This document shows, one piece after another, positions 12,601-25,129 of a stretch of DNA of 64,000 bases. Location: assembly GCA_951804945.1 (NCBI GenBank), contig OX638150.1, forward strand, positions 38,316,001-38,380,000, read 5' to 3'. The translations under genes and the position numbers were made by a program. Each line of letters begins with the position of its first letter. The first letter of the stretch is position 1. The notes below the pieces were generated by a model. It did no database searches. It was not told the DNA's origin and saw nothing but the letters and a program-made list of their open reading frames with translations. This DNA comes from Podarcis cretensis. Taxonomy: Eukaryota.

Positions 12601-15600
12601 CTGACCCAAGTGTCCTTAGCACCCATAGGCACTAAGCCCCCACTAGGAAGGAAGAACATTTACAGCAGGGCAAGAACATACTGTTATTCAGATCAGAATA
12701 AAACCAGCTTCAGTGGATTCTTAAGAGGATGCTTCTCTTCTTCCACAGAAAACTGCACTGCACAAGGAACTACATCCATATGAATCTGTTCGTTGCGTTC
12801 ATCTTACGAGCCGCAGGAGTTCTCATCAAAGACAGAACAACCCACAGCACTTATGTATTTCTTTATGTGGACTCTGAAAAGCCAAGTGATCTAAATGGAT
12901 GGATATCATTCTCAAGTCCAGAGGTATGGCATTGTTAAAAGCAAGTGGGTGGAAGAAAGAGCATCTAATGATACCTGGAGTTTCTATGTGTTCATGGCTG
13001 AATTCTGTAGCTGCAAAGCTTGCTAGAAAACTGTTGTTGATTGAACTCATTCAAAGCGTTGCATTTCATGCTGAGCATCCTTTGCTAGCAAGTTTCAAGC
13101 TCTGCATACTTTCCTTTGTACGATGGTAACTGGCACACAAGTATGAAAATAGCTAGAAAATTCATTCGTTTATTTATTTATTCATAAAGCTTATAGACTG
13201 ATTATTATTTTTACAAAAAAAGCTAAAGTGGTATGCCAGTTAAAAAGCAGATAAAACAAGATATCTAAAAACAAGGTAAATGGCATGTTAAAACAACTGG
13301 AGGAACAAAAGATGGATATGTCCGGAAGATTTATACAGGTGTATGCTGTCTTCCTCAGATGGCCTGCAGCCAGCACATACCACTCGCAATACAGATGCAT
13401 TTAAGGCACAATTATACCACTTTGACAGCCATGGATTGCAGGTAGTTTTTAGGAGAGCCCTTTATGCTCCTCGCAGAGCTACAATTGCTAGGGTAGTTTA
13501 ACAATCAAGCCTTCTTCCCACAGAATTCTGAAAACTTTGAGATTGTACTTTGGCTAATTTGACCCTGTTGGACTCTTGGGCATTTGCATTGCTCATGCAG
13601 CAGAGACCAAGTTAGCAGCTTGTTTCGTTTGAAGGCTAGCTTGGCAGTGCAGAAGGAAGGTATCTGGGCCCTGCTGCTAGTGTCCTCCATTTGAGAACCA
13701 CCCAGCCACAGAGCTTTGTAGTCATTAACATTTAACAAAACTGCTTTAGAAGAATAGAGCTTTTCAAATATTCATTTTGACTGACAAGTATCTGACTTGC
13801 TTAACAAAAATTCCACATATCTGTATGTACCAAGCTGTATTTTGATAATTGGTAGTACCAAGTTTTACTTTGCTGTTGACGGTTGTTCAATATTAACTTT
13901 TCTTCTCACTATCTCATTTCCACAGAAGTTGTTCCTGTGCAGGATGGCTCAGCTTTTGATGCATTATGTTGTTGGGGCAAATTTCTTCTGGATTTTAGTG
14001 GAAGGGATTTACCTCCATAGATTATTGGTAGCCACTGTGCTCTCTGAGAAACATCTGCTGTTGAGATACATCTTCATTGGATGGGGTAAATATACAGATT
14101 TTCCCCCCAGCAGCGCTTATAGTCCACTGTTTCAGGATTGGTTAGCATCACTCTAAAACCCATGTCACCAAGGCAGCTGCAGCCATGAAGGCCATGTCTA
14201 TATTGAAGATAAACCACCCCTCTCTATGTCACAGCTGCCCTGGGCTACCTTGGGAAGAAAGGCAAAATATAAATGTACAATAAACTGAATAAATAATAAT
14301 AATTGCCATCTGAAAAATGATCCAAATCCTTCCCTTCATTTTGACATCAGATTATTATAAGCATACTCTTCTTTTAACTTTGTTGCTGCTTTTAGCTGCT
14401 CAGAGACTGTCCTTGGATAAAGAGGGTTACAAAAATGTATGACTGAATCAACAAGGGGAAAAAGTTGCTGTGATTAATAGCCTTTGCCTTGTACAAAAAT
14501 TAGTAATATTCCCTCCCATCCCTATATTTCAGCTACTCCATTATTATTTAGTCCACATGCACAACAACTGTTACATATTGCCCATTGAGAAGTCACATTG
14601 TCCCTACATCTCAATTTTTCCCAGGTTTTCCAGTTCTGTTTGTGGCTTCCTGGGGAATAACAAAATACCAACTGGAGTATGAGGGGTAAGTGACTGTTTC
14701 CAAATGTTCCTCTGGCTTGGTTTGTTGCTTCAGTTTCTGCCAAGACAATAGAAGGCATGGCCTGCTGGTTTAAACAAAGGTCTTCGGATGGATACAGACA
14801 AACATTTTGCTCTGTGGTGGTCATTTGTAAACAGGCTGTGGAGATGGTGACTTTGCTAAAACACATACACACACCCAAGCACCACCAGTTTCTGATTTTC
14901 TAATCCCCCTATTATTGATGTTTATGTGGACATAGTAAGATCAGTCTTGTGAATGGTATAGGAAAGCTTAGCTGATGTGGGCCTGATCAGGGCTTGAACA
15001 AGAGGCCACTGAGAACTTGATACAAGCTGCTTTGAGCTTTTGAAAAAAAGAGTGGGATGTAAGTATAATTAATAAATAGACCTCATACTACACCCTGTTG
15101 GTTCCTAATGCTAAACCAAAGGAATTAGGTGAAGTTAACCTGGCATTTAGATGCACCTAGTGGAACACAAATGAGTCATCATCATTTGCTTTCATAGGTA
15201 TCAGTTGCTTAAGCCTCCATTAGCAAGCTCATTATAAAAATAAGAAATTGCATTACAGCCCACTACGGCCACAACCATTAGAATAATGGTTTTGTGTTAT
15301 GGGAAAATGCATGCCTTGGGATTACTTGCTTAGGAATGGATTATTGTATACAATTGATTTTGAAAAATGTAATCTTGATGAGTAATCTGATTAGTCCTCT
15401 TGGCAAAAAAAAAAGCAACCAGGTTCACAGGTCCTATCCAAATCTATTTAAAAATAATGTGGCTTGCCATTTGTGCTTATGTGAGCTGACAGAATAATTT
15501 TGACTTACTTCCTAGATGCTGGGCAACACATCACAACATGGCATTCTGGTGGATCATTCGAGGGCCCATTTTATTTTCCATTGTTGTAAGCATCATGGCA

Positions 15601-16112
15601 TAAATCTGATTAATTCTTTATACAGTTGTGGTGGTATGTTTCTGTTATATTATTTGCAAGGGGAGACATCTCCTGGTGCACAGCAGGGTGAGACTGACTT
15701 GGGCCCTTTCCATGATTTGTGTCTCTCTGTATTTTACAAAATAAAGACACAGGACTAACCCTAAATAATTTAAAGCTAGGTTTGATTGAACAAAAATGGC
15801 TGTGGAAGGCACAAGGCAGGACAGGGATTAAAGGTGAGGGAGAAGTTTGCATTAAACTGTGAACTGACCGAATCTGCACTTCCTGAAGTAATACATGGAC
15901 TGAAACCAGCTTCAAAATTGAGAAGATCAGAAAAATGAGAACCAGAAAGTGTCCCACTTTCCTTTGGCAATCTTTACAAAACTTTAGTTTATGGTTGCCA
16001 TCAATTTTGATTTTAATTAATTTTTATAATGTTTTTATAATGTTGCACTACTTTAGTGTTGTTAGCCGCCCTGAGCCTGGTTTCGGCTGGGGAGAGCGGG
16101 ATATAAATAAAA

Positions 16113-16160
<48 letters not shown>

Positions 16161-19100
16161 CTTGGGAACATGAACAGGCAAATGCTTTTGCATTTATATT
16201 TTAAAAAGAGAGATTACCGTATTTTTCGTCCTATAGGACGCACCGTCCCATAAGGCGCACCTAGTTTTTTGGGGGGGAAATAAAGGGGGGGGATTATTTT
16301 TCCCCCAAGGCGCGGAGAGCTGCGCAAAGTCTTGGCGCGCTGAGCTCAGCGCGCCCAGGCTTCAGCATGCAGACAACTCTCCACAAGCCGCGGGAGCCCA
16401 GTGCTGGGCTCCCGCGCCTTGCGGAGAGCTGCGCGAAGCCTGGAGAGCGAGAGGGGTCGGTGCGCACTGACCCCTCTCGCTCTCCAGGCTTCAGCGAAAG
16501 CCTGCATTCGCCCCATAGGACGCACACACATTTCCCCTTCATTTTTGGAGGGGTAAAAGTGCCTACTATAGGGCGAAAAATACGGTACATGCTATGATAC
16601 CCATTCAAATACATGAGAGCATGTAAACATGTATACAGGTATTATGTGTGTATGATACGTAAGATTTTGGCAAGGGTACTTGTCCTGGGTGTTCTTTTCC
16701 ATCCGCTACTGATGCTCCCTGTTCCAGCAACCATTAATAAAGATCAAAAGTATCTTGGATCAAAAGCATGACCTAAAGAAAGGGGTGGGGACAGAATGAG
16801 CTAAGAGAAATAGCAGGAAAAATTGTCTAAATGTGATGGGTAGAAAATCTCTAGAAACAATGTCTTCACACGTTCAGAGGCTGCAATACTAAACACATTT
16901 ACCTGAGAGTAAGCTCAACTAAATTCAATAGGACTTACTTCTGAGTAAACACGGTTAAGATTGTGCTGTGAATTGTTGCTTGTGGTTAATTTCTTGTGAT
17001 TGCCCCATTGCTAGCCAAAAAATGTCCATTGCATTTACTGAAACTAACCAAGAGGTGTGTTTCTTTGAAGGTTAACTTCTGCATCTTTCTAAAAATTGTG
17101 AAGCTGCTACTTTCCAAACTTAAAGCCCAGCAAATGAGCTTTCGTGACTATAAATTCAGGTAAATATTACATTCTCAGATTTGTACTTATCTACTTAGCC
17201 TTCTACAGTACTTTTTAAACTTTAAACTGGAAGAAGAATCCAATGATTATGTTCCAGTTCATTCTAAACAAGAATTTCCTACATGTCTATTTTTCTTTCT
17301 TGGCAGAGTTGCACAATGGCTGATTGCACCAGGCACTTTTATGCTTGGTTACATCTTACCATGGACAGCCTCATCCACCTTTAAACAAGCATTCACCAGG
17401 AACATACTTAGGCTAGAATATATTACAGTCATGTTGCTTTGCACATAGGTGAATATTTTACTTACAAAGTTTCAATAGTAGTCAGAGAACATGTCTCTAT
17501 TGTTGAGTTGGGAGGCAGGCCCTTCATAATTCTACAATCAGTGAAGGGTTAGAATTTGAGCAAACTCATAAATTCACGACTTTAGCAAGGGCTGGAAACA
17601 ATACCAACTAGCTTTCTCATAAGCCCAGCCTGGCAATGGCTTGCTGGGGTCGGTCACTGAAGAAACAAAAGTCTGATAAGTTAGTTTACTGTGACATAAG
17701 ATTTCATGAATAACAATCTGCTTCTTCAGAAGAATGAAGTGTTATCCTGAGTTACAGGTCCTTATCTACATGTCTGGAGGGCAGGGGCTGTAAGCAGTGA
17801 AATCAGAAGGAAATGAAATTCAGCACAGTACAGTCTATGATAGTTAGTGGTAATACAGATACATAGTACAGTAAAAAAGCCTTTGTTCCAATTCAGTCCA
17901 CAAGTGACAGTACTGAACTTCTTGATAAAATTGTAATTCAACAATTTCATGTTGTTGGAGGTTTGACTAAAATCCTTAAATATATCCTTAATTACAGAGG
18001 TGGGGAAACTGGCCTTCCACATGTTGTTTTTCCATAATCCATGACAATTGGCCATACTGGCTGGGATTGATGGGAGACAAACAACATTGGTAGGACCACA
18101 GATTCACCACCCCTGCATTAATATATCAATATCTATGTATGAGGTTTGACCATTCTAATTCTAGCACCAAACAAATGGAGGTGAGTGGATAATATCATTA
18201 TTAATTGAGATTTCTTGATGCAGTTTATCTCTAGGATTGAATTCATTCTTATGGTTATTATTATTTTTAGACTGGCAAGATCAACCCTTGTGTTAATACC
18301 ATTGCTTGGGATTCACGAGATTGTCTTTAACTTCATTGTGGATGAAAGAATTGATGGTCTTTCCAGGCACATAAAAGTCTTCATTCAGCTGACCCTGGGC
18401 TCCTTCCAAGTAAGTTCTTGTGCTGGAAGGGGCATTATTTATTACCACTAATTAATAAACAAAGGGCATTAACAAATATCTATGATGAAAAGAAAAGAAA
18501 TAATAATCTTCATGCTAAAACCATAGATAGAGCAGAGAGCAAAAAATCTTCAAAGAAAAGGACAACATAGGGTTGAATATTACAGCTATTGCAATATACT
18601 GCTTATTTACCTGAGAAAGCTCCAAATTGCTTGTGTATAACTTTAGACATCTAGAGTCACATCAGTAAACCATGGTTGCTGGAAATATTAGTGAATGAGG
18701 GAGGGAGGGAGCACTCTTTGACAAATGGTTCTCAAGAAGAACTCTGTGGAAAATGTTCTTGAATATAAATAGCTGGTAAGGGTTTGCAAACGAATGCTGG
18801 AAAATTCAGGGAACAGACTATGTAATTCGATGAATTAGCTGAGGAAATAGCAATTCAGGAAACAACTTCCAGAATAGCAAGTATTAGAAATTAAAAATAG
18901 TCATCACTCTTAAGACATGTGGTATACCATATTCTGTACTATATTCTGTACTAGTCTACAAATGCAATAAAGAACTTTGCAGCTAGTTCATTTACTATTA
19001 AATACAGATTTGCTTGGGGATTTGTTGGTCCCAAAGAATGAGACATTTGGACTAAGTAAAGAGTTGTCATTAGTTCCATTTTTTCCCAATGGGAAATTAT

Positions 19101-21472
19101 GCAGTGTCTTTCAATCTTCATATATAAATCTGAGGAGAAATGCTTTGAGTCTTAGATGTCCTTAAATTCTTGCCAGCAGGAACCAGGTGCAAGAAGTCAG
19201 ATGTATATCAGTCCAATATGTATATTTCTTGCATTACTACTTTTTTAGCATGTCAATACTAAGTGGGGTTGGGGGGGTCAGCTACTGAGCTATTGGAAAA
19301 CTGGCTAAATTTGATACTGCTCTTACAAGGTCTCACAATCACATCCTTGGGAGTGTTAAGTTCACAAGCTATACATGTAATTTTGCCCTAAACTTCAGAT
19401 GCAATATTTCCTGCACAATCTAATGCACAGATTAGGTCAAAGTGATTTATTTCGTGGGACCAACCTTAGTGGTTTAAAATTGCAAGCCTGACATTTCCTC
19501 GAGCAAAATTGTTCTAAGAAAAATAAAACAGAGTTTTAGGTACTGATGCCTCGTCACATGATACCTGAGCGATAAAGATGATTTCTGAGCAAGAGGAAGT
19601 TAGTTGTGTTAATGTTCAATTTAGCAGCATGATGACTCAGGTTTCAGGTGTTTTCTAGGAACAATATTCTGTGATTGCATAAGCTTGTAGTTGAATTGTA
19701 CCTTGGCAAATTTCATCCAGATCTAATTTACCTTCTCTCTCTTTTCCCTTCCAGGGTTTCTTTGTAGCACTTTTATACTGCTTTTCTAATGGAGAGGTAA
19801 AATATCCTTTATGACCTTCATTTCTAACCACTTGTTTCTCTTGGAAGATGTTGCAGAACAGACTGACTGGTGCAGCTTGCACTTAGTCCTGTGTGACGTT
19901 CTTGGTGGTCACCAGCCATTTTATATCAGTTAGTATATATTGAACAGTTTTCCGTTGTGTTCCTTGCAGTAGTTGGAGATATCATGCCAGGAACACGACC
20001 CCTTTCAGTTTGCTCCTTGAAACAGCAATATAGGGTACCTACATGTAAACAGATCAACTTGCAATAAGCTGCCCATGCATGCCAAGCAAATGGCCAGGAT
20101 GCTACCCCTGCGCCTCTAATTATGAGGAGGGGCACCAACCTGTCCTGATGTGCAACAGAGCCCAAATGGAAGGGGGAACATTCCATTACATGAAGGTTTT
20201 CATTCTCCAGGAAGTGTTCTCCTCCCCTTTTCATTGAGGGCAGGGAGCAGAAACTGGTAGGAAGGAAGGATGGCAGAAAGATATGTGGAGAATGGGAGGC
20301 AGCAGCATAAACAGAGTGATATTCGCAATATTCAGCTGCTGCACTGTAAAAAACATGCTGAAGTCATTTAAACAGCAACTATTCGTAAGTGTCTGTGTAC
20401 ACTGTCCAAGTACAGTGGTACCTCTGGTTACGTACTTAATTCGTTCCGGAGGTCCGTTCTTAACTGAAACTGTTCTTAAGCACCACTTTAGCTAAAGGGG
20501 CCTGCCGCGCGATTGCTGTTTTCATCCTGAAGCAAAGTACCGGTACTTAACCCGAGGTACTATTTCTGGGTTAGCTGAGTCTGTAACCTGAAGCGTATGT
20601 AACCTGAAGTGTATGTAACCCGAGGTACCACTGTATTGTGATAATATCAATGAGAAACCTGCTCTCTGTATAAAATGCACACAGAGTTCTGTGGGAACAT
20701 ACTGGGACAGTGAGGGGAAAGATGTAAAGTAGATCAGGACCTCTTGAAAGGGGCATTAGGAGCAGGTGTACTGTGCTAAACACTGCAGAGAGGCCTAAGA
20801 TTGTACTTTGTGCTGCAGGTCTCAGAGTATATTTTACTTGTAATTACTTGAGCAGTCAGGACTTCTGCCTGTTGGGTCGGTGTAGGGAATGAACTCTAAC
20901 TTCCACCATCCCTGGCCATTGGCGATGCTTGCTTGGGCTGATGGGAGTTGGAGTTCTGCAATACCTGAAGATTCCCTACTCTTGCTGTAGGGTAACCTAG
21001 CCACAGCATACCTGAACTAAGAAGTTCCGGGCTTATCTGAAAGGACAGAAGCCCTAGGACAGGTCAAGGAAGCATTTATACTACATGCTGCAATCCATCT
21101 CAACTGTTCTGTTTGCTTTCCTTCCTTTTCCAGGTAAAAGCTGAACTGCGCAAGAAGTGGTCCCATTTCTTGCTGGCATCCCCCTTTGTCTGCATGCCGT
21201 GCTTTCTCGGAAAGAACATCAAGCACCTGGGGAGATGTTCCAAGAAAGAGCATTCGAACAATAATTGCTTCTCCCTGGAGGTGACTCAGCCTCAGAGCAC
21301 ACAAGTGGCAAAGCAGAGGACAGGTGGCAAAGCGGAGCTAAGCTTCGCATTAAAGCATATTCCCAGAGCAAGCCTCTCAGACAGCAGTGAAGGAGAAGTC
21401 ACAATGGGGGAGACGACCGAGGAAGTCTTCGAAGAAAGCGAGATTTCGATTTGTAACAAAAGTAAAAACTGA
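6524..21472 (+). CDS. GLP2R: Glucagon-like peptide 2 receptor (class B1 GPCR), spliced CDS exons 2-13; exon 1 not located in window
   Basis: Join 6524-6614, 8328-8432, 9210-9331, 11398-11504, 12749-12923, 13926-14085, 14625-14685, 15516-15585, 17071-17159, 18271-18409, 19755-19796, 21134-21472 = 1500 nt, open, all introns GT-AG. Secretin-family motifs [39 protein letters not shown]; GLP2R-type tail [20 protein letters not shown]; synteny with GAS7. Confidence 0.96.
8328..8432 (+). CDS. GLP2R: GLP2R exon 3 ([34 protein letters not shown])
   Basis: ctctcag / gtaagg, 105 nt, hormone-receptor domain Cys/Trp pattern. Confidence 0.96.
9210..9331 (+). CDS. GLP2R: GLP2R exon 4 ([40 protein letters not shown])
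   Basis: tttag / gtgagt, 122 nt. Confidence 0.95.
9912..10524 (+). mobile_element. Probable solo LTR
   Basis: Termini TGTGGAATGT...ACATTCCCACA, flanks tgtaag/tggaag, internal AGTAAA polyA-like signal. Confidence 0.6.
11398..11504 (+). CDS. GLP2R: GLP2R exon 5, TM1 ([36 protein letters not shown])
   Basis: ttcttag / gtcagt, 107 nt, YTVGY motif. Confidence 0.95.
12749..12923 (+). CDS. GLP2R: GLP2R exon 6, TM2-ECL1
   Basis: ccacag / gtatgg, 175 nt, [21 protein letters not shown]. Confidence 0.96.
13926..14085 (+). CDS. GLP2R: GLP2R exon 7, TM3-TM4
   Basis: cacag / gtaaat, 160 nt, [19 protein letters not shown]. Confidence 0.95.
14625..14685 (+). CDS. GLP2R: GLP2R exon 8 ([20 protein letters not shown])
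   Basis: tcccag / gtaagt, 61 nt. Confidence 0.95.
15516..15585 (+). CDS. GLP2R: GLP2R exon 9 ([23 protein letters not shown])
   Basis: cctag / gtaagc, 70 nt, WWIIRGP. Confidence 0.95.
16000..16160 (+). repeat. LINE (L2-like) 3' end with (ATT)n microsatellite tail
   Basis: ttagccgccctgag...gcgggatataaataaa followed by ~15 ATT units (16115-16160). Confidence 0.65.
16215..16587. mobile_element. pogo/Tc2-like MITE, CpG-rich
   Basis: TA-CCGTATTTTTCG(T/C)CCTATAG TIRs, TA duplication. Confidence 0.88.
17071..17159 (+). CDS. GLP2R: GLP2R exon 10 ([30 protein letters not shown])
   Basis: ttgaag / gtaaat, 89 nt. Confidence 0.95.
18271..18409 (+). CDS. GLP2R: GLP2R exon 11, TM6-TM7
   Basis: tttttag / gtaagt, 139 nt, [16 protein letters not shown]...LTLGSFQ. 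Confidence 0.96.
19755..19796 (+). CDS. GLP2R: GLP2R exon 12 ([14 protein letters not shown])
   Basis: ttccag / gtaaaa, the 42-nt TM7 exon typical of class B GPCRs. Confidence 0.95.
20411..20635. mobile_element. Tigger-like MITE (family of 2025-2212)
   Basis: TA-CAGTGGTACCTC...GAGGTACCACTG-TA. Confidence 0.9.
21134..21472 (+). CDS. GLP2R: GLP2R exon 13, helix 8 and C-tail to TGA
   Basis: ttccag acceptor; VKAELRKKW...[17 protein letters not shown]. Confidence 0.94.
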   Translation, partial: VKAELRKKWSHFLLASPFVCMPCFLGKNIKHLGRCSKKEHSNNNCFSLEVTQPQSTQVAKQRTGGKAELSFALKHIPRASLSDSSEGEVTMGETTEEVFEESEISICNKSKN

Positions 21473-21706
21473 GATACCTGATTAGATCAATGAGGGATCT
21501 TGCATCATGTGCCATGTGGGAACTGCTGGAAGTAGGTGGGGGGGGCGTGAAAGAAAAAGATGGTGAAAATAGCTGCTTAGCATTTTCCTCCAGGTTGACT
21601 CTTCCCAGGTAATTTCCCCCCCTGACAAAATTAAAGTCAGCCAAGCCTGGTAACTGCATGGAAATGGCTTCTCCTTGGTCCTACAAGAACCAGATATGAA
21701 ATCAGG

Positions 21707-21712
21707 AATAAA
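21707..21712 (+). terminator. Candidate GLP2R polyadenylation signal AATAAA (a second candidate at 22963-22968)
   Basis: First AATAAA after the stop; hexamer only. Confidence 0.3.
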
Positions 21713-23142
21713 AGGAATAGACTGAGCACCTTGAAAGAGCCTGCTGTTTCTCTTAGGTTTCCCAACATTGACCGCCACTATTGGAGCCATCAATCTGATC
21801 CCATGGGACTGCTCTGCAGCATTTCAGAAAGGACAACCATTGCTTAAGTGATACTGTTAAACAAGAAGCTGAATTCCAACAATGACTAAATGTACAGGAT
21901 TGACATTTAGGAACGTGTGGGATTGTATATATTTATAAGCACATTTTCCAAGCTTTGCTGTAAAAATTATGAAATGCTGAACGGACTTGTTTTTAGGGCA
22001 CAGCTGCTAATGCTTCTTTTAATACATGTAATATACAAAGTTGTGGTTCTTTCTTCCATTATCCTTCCAACAGACCTGCAACAGGAGTCATTATTACTTC
22101 CACTTTGCAAATTTATTTTAAACATCTTTATATCGCCTCTTAACAGGGAGAAAACTGATATGACTGGAGATGAAAAATCTGAGAAGCTTCAAAGTCACCA
22201 GATGGAAAAAAAAATGGGAGGGAAGCGGGGGCAACATTACCCAAATGCATCTATTTGTCAAAAAGCCAGACAGTGTGGTGTGATTTACAAATTTAGGATG
22301 AGTTAATGAGAGAACAAGTGAATAGGCAAGCAAGCAGAAAAGGGCCAAGCTAGAATTTGCAACCAGATCCATGTAACATTTTTTCAATACAGCATTTTTA
22401 TTTAAGAAGCAGCAGCCTGGGGAGTGAGGTGGAGGACCAAATGGGTGGTGTGCTTGCTCCTTTTACCACCAGCCATGCCTTTCCTCAGAATTCCACCAAG
22501 CTGCTTTTCTCCCCATGGAGGAGAAAATATGGGTAACCCTAGGTCCACCAGAAGCTGCTTCACACCGTCTTGAAATCACAAGCAACAGCTCCAGGCCTGC
22601 TGTGTTACCTGTTGTCATTTTTATTTCACAAGCTGTTGATCTTACAACATGTATTTTCACAGATTTAAAAATGGGAAGCTGCCAAATTGTTTTCCTTCCT
22701 TATATATTGTACCCACTGTGAAATCCAAAGGCTGGTTTTGTCACGTGTAATTAGTTCTTAATTTATGTGCTGCTTAATGTACAATGACTTCTAAGCAGTG
22801 TACAAGTATATTTTTAAAAAATCAGTGATCAAATCCATACATAACTTTGAAAGGCAAGCATTCTCTGCAATCCCGCTTGCTGAGTCTCAGGAGGTGGCCA
22901 CACCTATGGAGAACAGATGAGCCACTTTTCAAAATATATATATAGATAATAATCCTGAAGTAAATAAAACTCCAGGACCTTATCAAGCAAGTTATAGATC
23001 AGCTAAAGCTATCATTCAAGAAACCTGGTTGATATACTGTCCATGTCCTTGAGAGCGATAACGTGGCTTGGTAAAATGCCATTCATTCTAGACTGTGCTT
23101 CTTGACAGTGGATTTTTTGCAGCCATTTGTGCAATTCTTCTT

Positions 23143-23230
23143 TTAAGACCAGTCGTCTTTCAAAGTATATTTTATGGTACGTATCCAGATTTCTTGCATG
23201 AGGGTTGCTATTATTTCCTTCTAAGATGTT
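23143..23230 (-). pseudogene. RCVRN: Possible RCVRN exon 3 remnant
   Basis: KEIIATLMQEIWIRTIKY ~ KEFIEGTLANKEILRLIQF after an AG; needs gaps. Confidence 0.25.
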
Positions 23231-25129
23231 CTATGTTTTCAAATGTTTTGTAGGATTCCATTGACACAAAGACCCTGCCCTTTATGGCTCTTTAGCTCTT
23301 TTTAAAACAAAATTTCAGCTGGCTTAACCTGTCTTCCTGTCTTTAATAGCTCTTGCAGTTCTTTCCTAGTCTCTAACAAGGACCAGGTCTTGGTAGGGAA
23401 TAACACTGTGTCATTGCATGAGATGAACCTAAAATGGCCACCCAGTTGCAAACACTGCTGGATGCAATCCAGGGAAAGTTATACTCAGAGCCTACTGAAA
23501 TTAATGGAACTTATTTCCATATAATTGCACTTACACTTATGCAGCCTACATGCTAGAAAACATCAGTTCCTCTGAGACGAGCCTGAGCACTCTGGGATTC
23601 ATCGCTCTGTTGATGTGCTGAATTAATGTTTACACAAAGGAAGTTGGAGAATGCCCAGCACGTCCCTGTTCCATATCATTATGCTGGTCAGACAACTCCC
23701 CAGATAATAAGCAAAACTTTTCCTTTTACTCTATGAGGGAATGAGTGGTTTGTACACAAAGCCCTCTGGCACACAGCTTTTGTAAGAACACACTAAATAG
23801 GCAGGCAGTAATATTACCCAATGGACTATTACTTATTACTCTGTGTAGACATGAAGATTGCAATGCGCTTTAATTATCACCTGAGAGAGACAGAATAGGT
23901 AAAGATGGAATCAATTCTTATGTTAAGATGAAAACAATGAAACCAAGAAAGTTTTTCTGTACATCCAAGGGGTGGAAACTTTATTTTGTAAAAATGAAAG
24001 TTGAATGCCAAGTTCTGTATCAGGTATCGAAGTTTATGACTTCAAAACAACCTTATGGATTTAGGCCTGGTTCACATGTTACATTAAGCCAAGTAATGGT
24101 TTAGCATGAATGTGCAAGCGTAAAGTCTCCCAGAAAAGAGATTGCAACCACTTTGCTCCTCTCTGCTCATTTTGCTGATGAACCATGCTAATGACTTGAT
24201 GTGGAGTTGTACTAACCTGGCCCAATAGTTTAGCTCTCTTCAAACTAATCATGACTGCTAAGCTTATTAAGGAATCTTTGGTGAGAGGAACTTACCAAAA
24301 ACTTTTTAAAAGTCTAAGTGCACAATTTATACCAGGCACTTGTATAAATATACCAAAGTCTTGAAGAATTTTAAAAGGTTTGTGAGACAGTACTTTGGTG
24401 AGGCCATGTTGATTCTTCTTCAGCAGGACTTCCTATTCTATTTGCTTGATGATTTTATATTGAATCATGCTTTCCACCAGTTTTCCTCAAACAGATGTAA
24501 GCTAAGAGCTTTAAATTACCTGGAAACCTTTTAAAAATTGGTGTTACATTGGCTACTGCCCATTCTTCTATTACGGATGCTGATGCAAGTTACTTATTTT
24601 TTTTAGAAGATAGTTCTCTCAAATATATATAAAAAAGATTTTATCTTCACAGCCTCTTATATATGCCTTTTACCATTTTCTTTTACATAACAAAAACCAA
24701 CAGGGACTTTAAAAGTAAACAATGCCTCCAGGCATTGTGTTTGGAGGTATTTTGTGTGGGGTTTTGGAAACTGTGGAGGTAGAGGTGAGACAGTTGCCCA
24801 CCTTTAGGAAAAGTAATAAAATGGCATTAGAAGGGTTTAGCTATTCAGTTACAGGCTGTAGCACCAGATTATTATCTTGTAGAATATTGAAACATAATCC
24901 TTAGAAGGGAATAATACGAGAACTGGACTCAGGGTCACTGACCTCACAGGTCTGATTAGAGGGGTTTTCTGTATGAACTGTCAAATCAATGTATAAATTA
25001 AAACGTGGAATTTTTTTTGAAAGGGAGATCATTATTTGAAAAGTAGACAGCAGATGCAGAAGATGAAAAGGAAACTGACAAAACCGTCCCAGTCTGATTA
25101 GAATGTAGAATACGTGATTGCTGGGATAA

